Shown: positions 13,001 to 25,060 of the stretch, one piece after another | Layout of the letters: every line of letters starts with the position of its first letter | Numbering within the stretch: position 1 is the first letter of the stretch | Assembly: GCA_965112735.1 (NCBI GenBank) | Contig: OZ218962.1 | Location: 2,976,001 to 3,040,000 of the forward strand | DNA: 64,000 nucleotides | Direction: 5' to 3' | From: Phaeosaccion multiseriatum | Taxonomy: Eukaryota > Protista > Ochrophyta, other classes | Translations under genes and position numbers: made by a program | The notes under the pieces: generated by a model | The model's database searches: none | Told to the model about the DNA's origin: nothing | Seen by the model: the letters and a program-made list of their open reading frames with translations, nothing else

Positions 13001-16000
13001 AGAGACACCGAGATTGAGAGAGGAGGACCGAGAAAGAGAAGGAGAGAGGGAGCGAGCGAGACCGAGAGAAAGGCATCGAGAGGAGGAGAAAGCAAGAGGG
13101 AGGAGAGGGGCTCCTCACCCGCCATCGCCGCGGCGGCTGCTCCTCCCTCCATTCCGGAGGCCCACACCGAGTGCCGCGTCTCAATCATGACCTTCTTCAG
13201 CGTCACCTGTGGCGTTGTGTTGGCGTTGTTCCGTGGTGTTGTTTCGTCAAAGGAATGGAGCGGGGCGGGAGTAGGGGAATGAAAACAAACAATACACCCC
13301 CCCCCCCCTCCCTTTTCCTGTCTCTCCCTTTCCTCCCCTCCCCTCCCCTCCCCTCCTCCTCCCCCACCCCTCTTCCCCTTCCCTCACCTCCTGGCTCTGC
13401 GCCTGTCGTATGTCCGTAAACTCCACGAGGTAATCGGCCACCCCTGCCCCTCCCAATCGCATAGGGGGGCAGAATGTAACCGTCAGACTGTCCGAGGTGG
13501 GCGGCAGGCTAACGATGTGAAGGGGAGGGCCCGGAGGAGCGGCGGGCAGGGTGATGTACTCTTCTTCGATCTCGGGGCTGAAGTCCGACCATCCCACTTC
13601 GTTACGGCATCGGACCTGTTGGTGATGAGGGTGAGGGAGAGGGAGGGAGGGAGGGAGGGAGTGTGGGAGGGAGGGAGGGAGTGAGGGAGTGAGGGAGGGA
13701 GGGAGGGAGGGAGGGAGGGAGGGAGGGAGGGAGGGAGGGAGGGAGGGAGGGAGGGAGGGAGGGAGGGAGGGAGGGAGGGAGGGAGGGAGGGAGGGAGGGA
13801 GGGAGGGAGGGAGGGAGGGAGGGAGGGAGGGAGGGAGGGAGGGAGGGAGGGAGGGAGGGAGGGAGGGAGGGAGGGAGGGAGGGAGGGAGGGAGGGAGGGA
13901 GGGAGGGAGGGAGGGAGGGAGGGAGGGAGGGAGGGAGGGAGGGAGGGAGGGAGGGAGGGAGGGAGGGAGGGAGGGAGGGAGGGAGGGAGGGAGGGAGGGA
14001 GGGAGGGAGGGAGGGAGGAAGGGAGGAAGGGAGGGAGAGGAGGAAGGAAAGGGAACGTTTCATGAGTGAGGGCTTTCTTCTGCGATGGAGCGGTTGCATA
14101 CAGCTGGAGACGGGTATGAGGTATGGGTATATGGTGTAGTGAAGTATGGAGCATAAGGGCAGGGAAGGGGGGGGGGGAAAGGGTATATAGGGTATATACG
14201 GAATAGGGTATGGGGTAGGCGTATGTATTGGGTATGTTGGGTATGGGGTAGGTGTATGTATTGGGTGTACCGGGTATGTACGGAATAGGGTATGGGGTAT
14301 GCTGGGTATGGGGTAGGTGTATGTATTGGGTATACCGGGTATATAGGGAATAGGGTATGGGGTATGCTGGGTATGGGGTATGCTGGGTATTGGGTATGTT
14401 GGGTACATAGGGAATAGGGTATGGGGTATGTTGGGTATGGGGTAGGTGTATGTATTGGGTATACCGGGTATATAGGGAATAGGGTATGGGGTATGCTCGG
14501 TATGGGGTAGGTATGTGTATTGGGTATGTTGGGTACATAGGGAATAGGGTATGGGGTATGTTGGGTATGGGGTAGGTGTATGTATTGGGTAGGTTAGGGT
14601 ATGGGGTATGCTGGGTATGGGTAGGTGTATGTATTGGGTATGTTGGGTACATAGGGAATGGGGTATGGGGTATGCTGGGTATGGGGTAGGTGTATGTATT
14701 GGGTATACCGGGTATATAGGGAATAGGGTATGGGGTAGGTATGTGTATTGGGTATGTTGGGTACATAGGGAATAGGGTATGGGGTATGTTGGGTATGGGG
14801 TAGGTATGTGTATTGGGCATACCGGGTATATAGGGAATAGGGTATGGGGTATGTTGGGTATGGGGTAGGCATATGTATTGGGTATGTTGGGTATATAGGG
14901 TATATGTTCTGGGTATAATACCTTGATGGCACAATAGGTGTGTGATGCCTTGAGGCCGTCGAGCACGGCTCCAGTGTGACGCACGGGACGGAGTGACGCC
15001 CAGCGGGAGGTGCGAAACGGAGGCTGGGGGGTGTACACCTTTGGTGGGGGGGGGGGTTAAGGTTGGGGTTAAGGTTGGGGTTAAGGTTGGGGTTAAGGTT
15101 GGGGTTAAGGTTGGGGTTAAGGTTGGGGTTAAGGTTGGGGTTAAGGTTGGGGTTAAGGTTGGGGTTAAGGTTGGGGTTAAGGTTGGGGCTAAGATTGGGG
15201 TTAAGGTTGGGGTTAAGGTTGGGGTTAAGGTTGGGGTTAAGGTTGGGGTTAAGGCTGAGGTTAAGGTTGAGGTTAAGGTTGAGGTTAAGGTTGGGGGGTG
15301 GGTGAGTGGGGACGGCCAAACAGAGGGAGAGAGTAAGACAGAGGAACACCATTCCTCCCCTAACTTCCTTTCCTGACCTTCTTTAACCTTTCTCTCCCCC
15401 TCTCTAACTGACCTACGTCCCTCCTCACTGCCCCAACTGACACCAGGTACTGACACCAGGTACTGACCTGTTCTTTGGTGTACTTGTCGATCCTCTCTAC
15501 GGTGTGCAGTGTGTACGCAATCTCGTGCTGGCCGAGGGGAATGGGAGGGGGGCACAGAGGGAGGGAGGGAGGGAGGGAGATGGAGAGAGGCATTTTGAGG
15601 CATACAGAAATGGACAGGGAAGGGAGGGAGCAACGCACCCTGCTCCTGCCCAGCAACATGACGCACATGCTCCAATCACTCACTCACTCACTCACTCACT
15701 CACTCTTCCAATCACTCACTCACTCACACACTCTTCCAATCACTCACTCACTCACTCACTCTTTCACTCACTCACTCACTCACTCACTCACTCACTCTTC
15801 CAATAACTCACTCACTCACGCACTCTTCCACTCACTCACTCACTCACTCACTCTTCCACTCACTCACTTACTCACTCACACACACACTTACTCACTCAAC
15901 CACTCACTCACTCACTCACTCACCCACTCGCCCACTCACCCACTCACCCACTCACCCACTCACCCACTCACCCACTCACCCACTCACCCACTCCCCCACC

Positions 16001-17287
16001 CACTCACTCACTCACACACTCACTCACTCACTCTTCCAATCACCCACTCACTCACTCACTCACTCACTCACTCACTCTTCCAATCACTCACTCACTCACC
16101 CACTCACCCACTCACCCACTCGCCCACTCACCCACTCACTCACTCTTCCACTCACTCACTCACTCACTCACCCACTCACTCACCCACTCACCCACTCACC
16201 CACTCACCCACTCGCCCACTCACCCACTCACCCACTCACTCACTCTTCCACTCACTCACTCACTCACCCACTCACCCACTCACCCACTCACCCACTCACC
16301 CACTCACTCACTCACTCACTCGCCCACCCACTCACTCACTCACTCACTCACTCACCCACTCACCCACTCACCCACTCACCCACTCGCCCACTCACCCACT
16401 CACCCACTCACTCACTCACCCACTCACTCACTCACCCACTCACCCACTCACCCACTCACCCACTCACCAACTCACCCACTCACCCACTTACCCACTCACC
16501 CACCCACTGACTCACTCACTCACCCACTCACCCACTCACCCACTCACCCACCCACCTCGTATATTGGACACCCCCCCTCCACAATGGGCGGCTGCCAGTA
16601 CAGCTCAATGGAGTCGCACGTTACATTCGTAACTGCCACTTCCCGAGGGGGGTGTGGCCGCATCTTGACGACAAGCGTTTCGTTCAAGTGTCTTCCCTTC
16701 TCGCGCCGCTCCTTGGCCAATGTGCGCTTCTTGCACCGCTCCATGTGCTTGGCAAGGATGGCTCGAGCGAAGGACCTTCCACACGTTTCACATTTGGTCA
16801 CTCCCCTCGCCTTACTGCTCAGACTTCTGCCGCTGGTGCTCGCCTTGCGTCCCCCGGCGCCCCCCGTCTTGCTCTTGTTGTCCCCGCCTACCTGCTCTGC
16901 TAGCCCTGCCCCCCCCCCCTCCTCACCCTCGCCGCCCTCCCCCTCTTCCTCCTCCTCTTCCTCCTCCTCCTCAGAGTCCCCATCTGAGTCGAACTCGTCC
17001 TCCCCCTCTCCTTCCATGGGAGGAGGTTTGCAGAAGCGCACGTGTGTGTCGAACAGCGCCCTGACACCGTGTAGGGGGTAGTGGGTAATGGTAATGGTAA
17101 TGGTAATGGTAATGGTAATGGTAATGGTAATGGTAATGGAAATGGTAATGGGAATGGTAATGGTAATGGTAATAGTAATGGTAACGGTAATGGTAGTGGT
17201 AATGGTAATGGTAATGGGTAGGGGGAGTGGAGGGAGGGGGGTTGAGGAGCGTGGAGGGGCCATAGAGGGGCGGAAGAGGGGAACGCG

Positions 17288-17331
<44 letters not shown>

Positions 17332-19720
17332 GAGGCGTCAGCCTCCGTAGTTTCCAGTTTCAGCTTTCTCTCTTGGGGGGGGTTTAACGGAATCGAATCA
17401 AGACCCCGAAGGACTAGACCCGCCGCCGTTAGGTGGAGGGCCTCTCTGCTATTGCTGTACTGTCCCACTGACTTACTGGCTGGCCCATTGACATACTGAC
17501 CTGAGTATCTTCCTGGCGCATGTGGGGCAAGCACGAGTTGTAAGCCCTTCCTCTCCGTCAAGCTTGGCTCGGAGGGCAGCGTCCACCTGCACACACACAC
17601 ATATAGAGAGAGAGAGAGGGAGAGGGAGGGAGGGAGGGAGGGAGGGAGGGAGGGAGGGAGGGAGGGAGGGAGGGAGGGAGGGAGGGAGGGAGGGAGGGAG
17701 GGAGGGAGGGAGGGAGGGAGGGAGGGAGGGAGGGAGGGAGGGAGGGAGGGAGGGAGGGAGGGAGGGAGGGAGGGAGGGAGGGAGGGAGGGAGGGAGGGAG
17801 GGAGGGAGGGAGGGCGAGAGCCAATGCCGGATCAAAAGTCAGGGACAGAGACACGAGGGAGACAGATAGCCCGAGAGAGAGACAGAGGGAGATGGAGGCG
17901 GAGAGAGAGAGGAAGGTGGAGACAAGAGAGACAGAAGGAGATGGAGGAAGAGAGAGAGGAAGGTGGAGACAAGAGAGACAGAAGGAGATGGAGGAAGAGA
18001 GAGAGGAAGGTGGAGACAAGAGAGACAGAAGGAGATGGAGGAAGAGAGAGAGGAAGATGGAGACAAGAGAGACAGAAGGAGATGGAGGAAGAGAGAGAGA
18101 GGAAGGTGGAGACAAGAGAGACAGAAGGAGATGGAGGAAGAGAGAGAGGAAGGTGGAGACAAGAGAGACAGAAGGAGATGGAGGAAGAGAGAGAGGAAGG
18201 TGGAGACAAGAGAGACAGAAGGAGATGGAGGAAGAGAGAGAGGAAGGTGGAGACAAGAGAGACAGAAGGAGATGGAGGAAGAGAGAGAGGAAGGTGGAGA
18301 CAAGAGAGACAGAAGGAGATGGAGGAAGAGAGAGAGGAAGGTGGAGACAAGAGACATTGACAGAAGGAGATGGAGGAAGAGAGAGAGGAAGGTGGAGACA
18401 AGAGACATTGACAGAAGGAGATGGAGGAAGAGAGAGGGGAAGGTGGAGACAAGAGAGACAGAAGGAGATGGAGGAAGAGAGAGAGGAAGGTGGAGACAAG
18501 AGACATTGACAGAGGTGGAGAGAAGAGAGACAAGCGGCGGCAGATATGGGGGGGAGCAAGCAGAGAGAGAAGGGCCTTCTGGTCGCGGTTGAGTCCGGAG
18601 GCACGTAGGTGAGTCTCCTCCTCCTCCCGATACCATACCATACCATACCATACCATACCTGCTTCTCCGCCCACGGCAGGGTGCTGTGGCCGTGCTTGTT
18701 GACGGCCCTCATGTCCTTGACACGCTTCTCGAGGTCCTGCAGCACATCGAGCTTCTCCTTGCCGCGTCGGGTGAGGGAGTGGAGGTCGTTACTGAGAGAG
18801 CGCATTTGGTTCTCAACCTTAGGAGGGAGGGAGGGAGGGAGGGAGGGAGGGAGGGTATGCTGAGGGTGTGGAGTGGACGAGTTTGGGCGAAGAATAGGTG
18901 GACGTAGCAACCATGGTGGGTGGAGAAGGAAGGCAATCAAAGACCCCAAGACTTGTTGCTACTTCTACGGGTGAAGGCCTGGCTCGGCTTAGAAACGAAC
19001 GAAGGGGGAAAGGAGCATGTGGTTCACTCCAGTGACGAGGAGGAGGAGCAGAAAGATGGGGAAGCCAGGGCCCTGACTCGAGCTCCTCTCGCTTCCCTGC
19101 CTCTCTCCTCTCAACCGCAGCTGCAAACACACACACGCACTCACCTTCATGTGCTGTCCCGCGCGCAGCAGTACCCTCCTGTTCTGCGTCTCCTCCTCGA
19201 AGACCATGACCTTAAGTTGCGCGTATCTGCGCTGCTCAGCCATCAGCGCCTGCAGCTGCGCCTCGCTGCGCACGCTGTGAAGGGGATGAGCCCCACCGCC
19301 TTGCTCCCCTCCCTCCTCGAGTTTCTTCTGCTGTCGTGCGGCCTTGCGGTCCTCCACTCGCCTGCGCAGTGTCGTGGCCCGCCAATGGTGCTTCTCCTGC
19401 TTCTCCTTGTCCTGCTTTTCCCACCGCTCGTGAGCCTGAACCGGATCCCCACGGTCATTGTTCGAAGGCTCCGCACCTCTGTCAGGGTGGGCCGCTGCTG
19501 ATGCTTCTCCTGCTGCCAGTGCAGCGTGTGCGTGACCCTGCCCTTCTCTGTCTCGCTCTGTGTGCCCCCACGGTGCTGCTGCAGCAGGGGGGAGGGCACC
19601 AGACTCTCCATCATCACCAACCCGGGCTGCTCCTGTTGCTGCGATTGTCAGTGGCTCTGCTATAGGCCTGCCCACCTCTGGCCCCGCATGGGGTGGTGGC
19701 GGTACAAGGGTGCTGGACAT
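1..19720 (-). CDS. Large multi-exon gene (possibly more than one): coiled-coil, C2HC zinc fingers, 2 FN3 domains, TPR-like region, WD40 repeats, start of a LysM domain; 3' end lies outside the window
   Basis: Short exons between microsatellite introns, e.g. 19145-19720, 18659-18817, ~16557-17070 ([20 protein letters not shown]; [24 protein letters not shown]), ~13380-13615 ([14 protein letters not shown]; [21 protein letters not shown]), ~7220-7422 ([18 protein letters not shown]), WD40 exons ~2272-2411, ~1597-1722, 244-433 ([26 protein letters not shown]) and 1-90 ([20 protein letters not shown]). Not every exon was phased. Confidence 0.7.
1760..2045. repeat. (GAGGA)n intronic microsatellite
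   Basis: Directly visible pentamer run; one of many (GGGA)n/(GGAA)n/(CCCT)n runs, e.g. 13690-14020, 11070-11710, 7455-7680. Confidence 0.95.
5796..6525. repeat. 28-bp minisatellite (GTATGGGATAGAGAGGTAGGGTAGAGGT), ~26 copies, intronic
   Basis: Unit starts at 5796, 5824, ... Confidence 0.9.
14180..14915. repeat. Complex GGGTAT-based intronic minisatellite
   Basis: Recurring GGGTATGGGGTATG/GGGAATAGGGTAT blocks. Confidence 0.85.
15055..15296. repeat. (GGTTAAGGTTGG)n 12-bp repeat, telomere-like, intronic
   Basis: About 20 units alternating TTAAGG and TTGGGG. Confidence 0.9.
15675..16555. repeat. (CACT/CACC)n intronic tetramer satellite
   Basis: Directly visible. Confidence 0.9.
17890..18510. 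repeat. ~47-bp purine-rich minisatellite, ~13 copies, intronic
   Basis: GGAGATGGAGGAAGAGAGAGAGGAAGGTGGAGACAAGAGAGACAGAA at 17937, 17984, ... Confidence 0.9.
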
Positions 19721-20487
19721 TGTCTGCGCCAGGGCCTCCCTTTGCTATTGTGGGCTGCTCTCCTCCATGTCGTGCGGCGGCCGAAGCTTCGTCAACACTC
19801 TTACTGTGACTGCTGCTCCTGGCGATGCTGCTGCACCATGCCTTTGTCCCTCACCTCGCTTTGGTCCGATCCTTCTCTTACAGATCACTGCTGAGTTGTA
19901 TGGACCAGAGAGGAAAGGGAGGGAAATTAAGAGGAAGATTTGGAGGGGTCGGAGGTTGCTGATTCAGGCCCCATCTCGCCCTGCTGCTCCGCCCAAAAGT
20001 GGAGGATAAAGGAAAGAAGAGTATCCCTCGCAAATGAGGGTCGTTCAGCACAGCCCTCCAATTCCTTGCCTCTCCAAAGGTGCCCAACGTTTCACGCGTG
20101 GCGGAGCACCAACACCCCAAGATCGTCGCTGCTCTCACAGATCGGAGAGTAAAGTTACACTCGTAAAGTTACATGTATAAAGTTTATCCCCGCATGGAGG
20201 CCATAAACGTGAACGTTGAAGATGTCCCGTGGCCTACGCAAGCAATGAGCTCGCCCCCCCCCCTTCTTGATGCATTATTAGTATATCATGTCACGGAATA
20301 TATAATTTAGGTGGGCAGGGGGTGGGTCTATACGCAATAATGCGTGTAGACGTGGGTCTCGGCCGAGCAAGCCCGAAAGTTAGAGTATTACAAGAAAAGA
20401 GGGGAAAGAGATTAGGAGGAGAAAGGGTCACGGGCAGTGTGTAGGAGAGCGAGAGTAGACAAGGAACCCTTCCTGTGCTCCGCAGCC

Positions 20488-22074
20488 ATGTCTCACGAAG
20501 GCAGCGATGGAATAGCGGTATTGAAAACCCTGTCCAACCTCGGCTCATACGAAGCTTTGTGGGGGGTGTGCAAGGAGGTTGATGAGGTCACCTCCCGCAC
20601 TCTGAGAGTCAACGCCACCATGCCTGAGTGTGTGCAGCGACGTGTGCTGAGCTTGCTGAAGCACCAGAAGGAAGCGGACGAGAGAAGTGCTGCACTTTCC
20701 CCTGCACCTTCGCGTGCTACTGATGAGGAGGAGAAGGAACAACAGGCAGGCGATGATCATTGCAGAGGCTTCTTTCGCGTGGCGGCGGTGGAGCTTGGCC
20801 TCCTGACTGTGGAAGATGCGCTGGACCAGGCCAAGGTTTCTGCAGATGAGGTCCTCGTTGCAAAGGTGCTCGTGCTTTTACCACCTTCGGTGAAGCGGGT
20901 GACGTTCTCCTGGTATTTCAATCAAGCCGGCGTGTGTCTACCAAGCACAGTCGAGGAGGTGGAGATGGGGCGTGCATTTAACCGCCCTCTGGACCTCCCT
21001 GCCTCGCTGAAGAAGATCAAATTTGAAAGCAGGTTTAATCAGCACTTGGTCCTTCCTTGTGGTGTGGAGGAGGTGGAGATCGGGATGGACTTTAACCTCC
21101 CTCTGGACCTCCCTGCCTCACTGAAGAAGATCAACTTTAAAAGCAGTTGGTTTAATCAGCACTTGGTTCTTCCTTGTGGTGTGGAGGAGCTGGAGATGGG
21201 GTTTTCCTTTAACCTCCCTCTGGAGCTGCCTGCCTCGCTCAAGAAGATCAGATTTTCCTATTACTTCAATCAGCACGTGGTTCTTCCTTGCGGTGTGGAG
21301 GAGGTGGTGATGGGGCATGACTTTAACCTCCCTCTGGACCTCCCTGCCTCGCTCAAGAAGATCAAATTCGGAGAGGAGTTCAATCAGCATGTGGACCTTC
21401 CTTGTGGTGTGGAGGAGGTGGTGATGGGGGACAGCAGGATGAAGCCCCCTCTGGACCTGCCTGCCTCGCTCAAGAAGATCACTTTTGGCTGGGACTCAAA
21501 ATTCAATCAGCAGTTGGTCCTTCCTTGTGGTGTGGAGGAGGTGGTAATGGGGCGTAAGTTTAACGTCCCTCTGGACCTGCCTGCCTCGCTGAAGAAGATC
21601 AGACTTGGTAGCGAATTTAATCAGCACGTGGTTCTTCCTGGTGGTGTAGAGGAGGTAGTGCTGGGGAATGCCTTCAACTTCCCTCTGGACCTGCCTGCCT
21701 CTCTCAAGAAGATTCAGTTTGACCGGGGCTCTCGCTTTAATCAGCAATTGGTCCTTCCTTGTGGGGTGAAGGAGGTGAAGATGGGGTATTTCTTTAACCT
21801 CCCTCTGGAGCTGCCTGCCTCTTTGAAGAAGATCACATTCGGCGAGAGTTTCAATCAGCGTGTGGCCCTCCCTGACAGGGTGGAGGAGGTGGTGATGGGG
21901 AGGGACTTTAACCTCCCTCTGGACCTCCCTGCTTCTCTTCGGACTCTCAAGCTGGGACGGAATTACACCTGCCCTTTGGAGAGCCTACCTGCCGGCCTGA
22001 AGAAGGTTGTGGTTGGGAGTGGGTGCCCGCTGCCTGCAGACCTACCCGAGGGGCTTGAGGTGACTCGCTGGTGA
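20488..22074 (+). CDS. FNIP-type leucine-rich repeat protein A (intronless)
   Basis: ATG at 20488 (MSHEGSDG, matches the paralog start at 25061); alternating 19-aa repeats FNQHVVLPCGVEEVxMGxx / FNLPLDLPASLKKIxFxxx. Confidence 0.88.
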   Translation: MSHEGSDGIAVLKTLSNLGSYEALWGVCKEVDEVTSRTLRVNATMPECVQRRVLSLLKHQKEADERSAALSPAPSRATDEEEKEQQAGDDHCRGFFRVAAVELGLLTVEDALDQAKVSADEVLVAKVLVLLPPSVKRVTFSWYFNQAGVCLPSTVEEVEMGRAFNRPLDLPASLKKIKFESRFNQHLVLPCGVEEVEIGMDFNLPLDLPASLKKINFKSSWFNQHLVLPCGVEELEMGFSFNLPLELPASLKKIRFSYYFNQHVVLPCGVEEVVMGHDFNLPLDLPASLKKIKFGEEFNQHVDLPCGVEEVVMGDSRMKPPLDLPASLKKITFGWDSKFNQQLVLPCGVEEVVMGRKFNVPLDLPASLKKIRLGSEFNQHVVLPGGVEEVVLGNAFNFPLDLPASLKKIQFDRGSRFNQQLVLPCGVKEVKMGYFFNLPLELPASLKKITFGESFNQRVALPDRVEEVVMGRDFNLPLDLPASLRTLKLGRNYTCPLESLPAGLKKVVVGSGCPLPADLPEGLEVTRW

Positions 22075-22681
22075 GGAGGGCGATGGGACAGAGAGCGGCA
22101 CCGAACGGCACAGCACAGCACAGCTATCGTAGGCCCTGCCTCAAGAGGGAGGAGGCCACAGCAGGAGGCGTAGGCTAGCAGCAAGGGGATGAGCAAGCAT
22201 AGATCACATGTATCCAATAAGAGACAGCTGCCTGGCTCAAAACAGCAGGCAGAGCTCAGAGGAGCAACGGGGAGGAGAGAGGGTGGTGCGTGTGCAGACA
22301 CATACGACTCGTACTCGTACGACTCCACTGTACTAAACAGGAGGAGCACATTAATGATGAGTTGCTTCACGGCCTTCGCCCCCCCCCCCCTCACAGTGAC
22401 CCGGTCGTAGGGGCCTTGAATGGAATCATCCTCCTTAAAGGCCTGACCCTCGGATATACACCGAAGACCACCAAGTTTGGTTAAGACGTTAACCCAGTGT
22501 GTAACGCATCGGTTCCAAGTGAACCACTCATTTCCATCGCGTTGGTGAGGACCATTTACTAGAAAGAAATAAGGAAGAAGTCCAGAAAGACATCAAGGAA
22601 GAAATCAAGAAAGAAATAGGTCATTGGTAGGAGTGGTTCCCGGGGGGCAGTGACGATTGGGTCGTATCAAAACCAAGCGAC

Positions 22682-23066
22682 ATGCATTGGGTAGTACACC
22701 ACTGTCCAATAGGGTATGCATTGGGTAGTACACCACTGTCCAATAGGGTATGCATTGGGTAGTACACCACTGTCCAATAGGGTATGCATTGGGTAGTACA
22801 CCACTGTCCAATAGGGTATGCATTGGGTACTACACCACTGTCCAATAGGGTATGCATTGGGTACTACACCACTGTCCAATAGGGTATGCATTGGGTAGTA
22901 CACCACTGTCCAATAGGGTATGCATTGGGTACTACACCACTGTCCAATAGGTTATGCATTAGGTACTACACCACTGTCCAATAGGGTATGCATTGGGTAG
23001 TACACCACTGTCCAATAGGGTATGCATTGGGTAGTACACCACTGTCCAATAGGGTATGCATTGGGT
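22682..23066. repeat. 34-bp tandem repeat (ATGCATTGGGTAGTACACCACTGTCCAATAGGGT) x ~11
   Basis: Head-to-tail units with no spacers, between the two duplicated segments. Confidence 0.95.
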
Positions 23067-24012
23067 GGGCGCTACCCAAGTGGTCCGACATTGGGTACGA
23101 CGCTTGCCAAGATCGGCACATCGGTTACAGCATGTACCGCTTTCGAACCTGATTGAGCCGTGGTGGTGGCCCGCAGAGTGATGGGCCGGCTCCTCCCCCT
23201 CCATCGCTCCACCCGTGCCCCATGTGCCCCTCACATGTCCCAATCTCGGGCAGCGACCATGACCTCGTCGGACTCTCCCGTCTCCCTCCTACCCTTTACC
23301 CCACCCGTCATCCTCCTTCTGGACGGGCGGAGGGAGGGGAGGGAGGGAGGGAGGGAGGGAGGGAGGGAGGCGGGGAGAAACGGACGGATGGAGGGAGGGA
23401 GGGAGGGAGGAAGGGAGGGAGGGAGGGAGGGAGGGAGGGAGGGAGGGAGGGAGGGAGGGAGGGAGGGAGGGAGGGAGGGAGGGAGGGAGGGAGGGAGGGA
23501 GGGAGGGAGGGAGGGAGGGAGGGAGGGAGGGAGGGAGGGAGGGAGGGACGGAGGCAGGGAGGGAGGGAGGGAGGGAGGGAGGGACGGAGGCAGGGAGGGA
23601 GGGAGAGAGAGAGGGAGGGTGGGAGGCAGAGAGGGAGGGAGGGAGGGAGGGAGGGAGGGAGGGAGGGAGGGAGGGAGGGAGGGAGGGAGGGAGGGAGGGA
23701 GGGAGGGAGGGAGGGTGGGTGGGTATGTTGAGGGTGTGGAGTGGACGAGTTTGGGCGAAGAATAGCTGGACGTAGCAACCATCGTGGGTGGAGAAGGAAG
23801 GCAGTCAAAGACCCCAAGACTTGTTGTTACTTCTACGGGTGAAGGCCTGGCTCGGCTCAGAAACGAACGAAGGGGGAAAGGAGCATGTGGTTCACTCCAG
23901 TGACGAGGAGGAGGAGCAGAAAGATGGGGAAGCGAGGGCCCTGACTCAAGCTCCTCCCGCTTCCTTGCCTCTCTCCTCTCAACCGCAGCTGCAAACACAC
24001 ACACGCACTCAC

Positions 24013-24640
24013 CTTCATGTGCTGTCCCGCGCGCAGCAGCACCCTCCTGTTCTGCGTCTCCTCCTCGAAGACCATGACCTTAAGTTGCGCGTATCTGCGC
24101 TGCTCAGCCATCAGCGCCTGCAGCTGCGCCTCGCTGCGCACGCTGTGAAGGGGATGAGCCCCACCGCCTTGCTCCCCTCCCTCCTCGAGTTTCTTCTGCT
24201 GTCGTGCGGCCTTGCGGTCCTCCACTCGCCTGCGCAGTGTCGTGGCCCGCCAATGGTGCTTCTCCTGCTTCTCCTTGTCCTGCTTTTCCCACCGCTCGTG
24301 AGCCTGAACCGGATCCCCACGGTCATTGTTCGAAGGCTCCGCACCTCTGTCAGGGTGGGCCGCTGTCGATGCTTCTCCTGCTGCCAGTGCAGCGTGTGCG
24401 TGACCCTGCCCTTCTCTGTCTCGCTCTGTGTGTCCCCCACGGTGCTGCAGCAGGGGGGAGGGCACCAGACGCTCCATCATCACCAACCCGGGCTGCTCCT
24501 GTGGCAGCGATTGTCAGTGGCTCTGCTATAGGCCTACCCACCTCTGGCCCCGCATGGGGTGGTGGCGGTGCAAGGATGCTGGACATTGTCTGCGCCAGGG
24601 CCTCCCTTCGCGATTGTGGGCTGCTCTCCTCCATGTCGTG
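24013..24640 (-). pseudogene. Duplicated, frameshifted orphan first exon of the large minus-strand gene
   Basis: Matches 19145-19770 but is split across frames (ORFs 24350..24754 and 23857..24486); downstream exons are not duplicated. Confidence 0.7.
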
Positions 24641-25060
24641 CGGCGGCCGAACCTTCGTCAACACTCTTACTGTGACTGCTGCTCCTGGCGATGCTGCTGC
24701 ACCATGCCTTTGTCCCTCACCTCGCTTTGGTCCGATCCTTCTCTTACAGATCACTGCTGAGTTGTATGGACCAGAGAGGAAAGGGAGGGAAATTAAGAGG
24801 AAGATTTGGAGGGGTCGGAGGTTGCTGATTCAGGCCCCATCTCGCCCTGCTGCTCCGCCCAAAAGTGGAGGATAAAGGAAAGAAGAGTATCCCTCGCAAA
24901 TGAGGGTCGTTCAGCACAGCCCTCCAATTCCTTGCCTCTCCAAAGGTGCCCAACGTTTCACGCGTGGCGGAGCACCAACACCCCAAGATCGTCGCTGCTC
25001 TCACAGATCGGAGGTTGAGGGTCGGCACCCTGATTATAGACTTCCCTGTGCTCCGCAGCC

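Noticed and set aside
130-18700. Long ORFs such as 13483..15675, 15475..16632 and 17558..18949 (PSLP/GGRE/THSL runs)
   Set aside because: Translations of stop-free intronic micro- and minisatellites.
22682-23066. 34-bp repeat array as CRISPR
   Set aside because: No spacers, no cas genes, eukaryotic context; it is a minisatellite.
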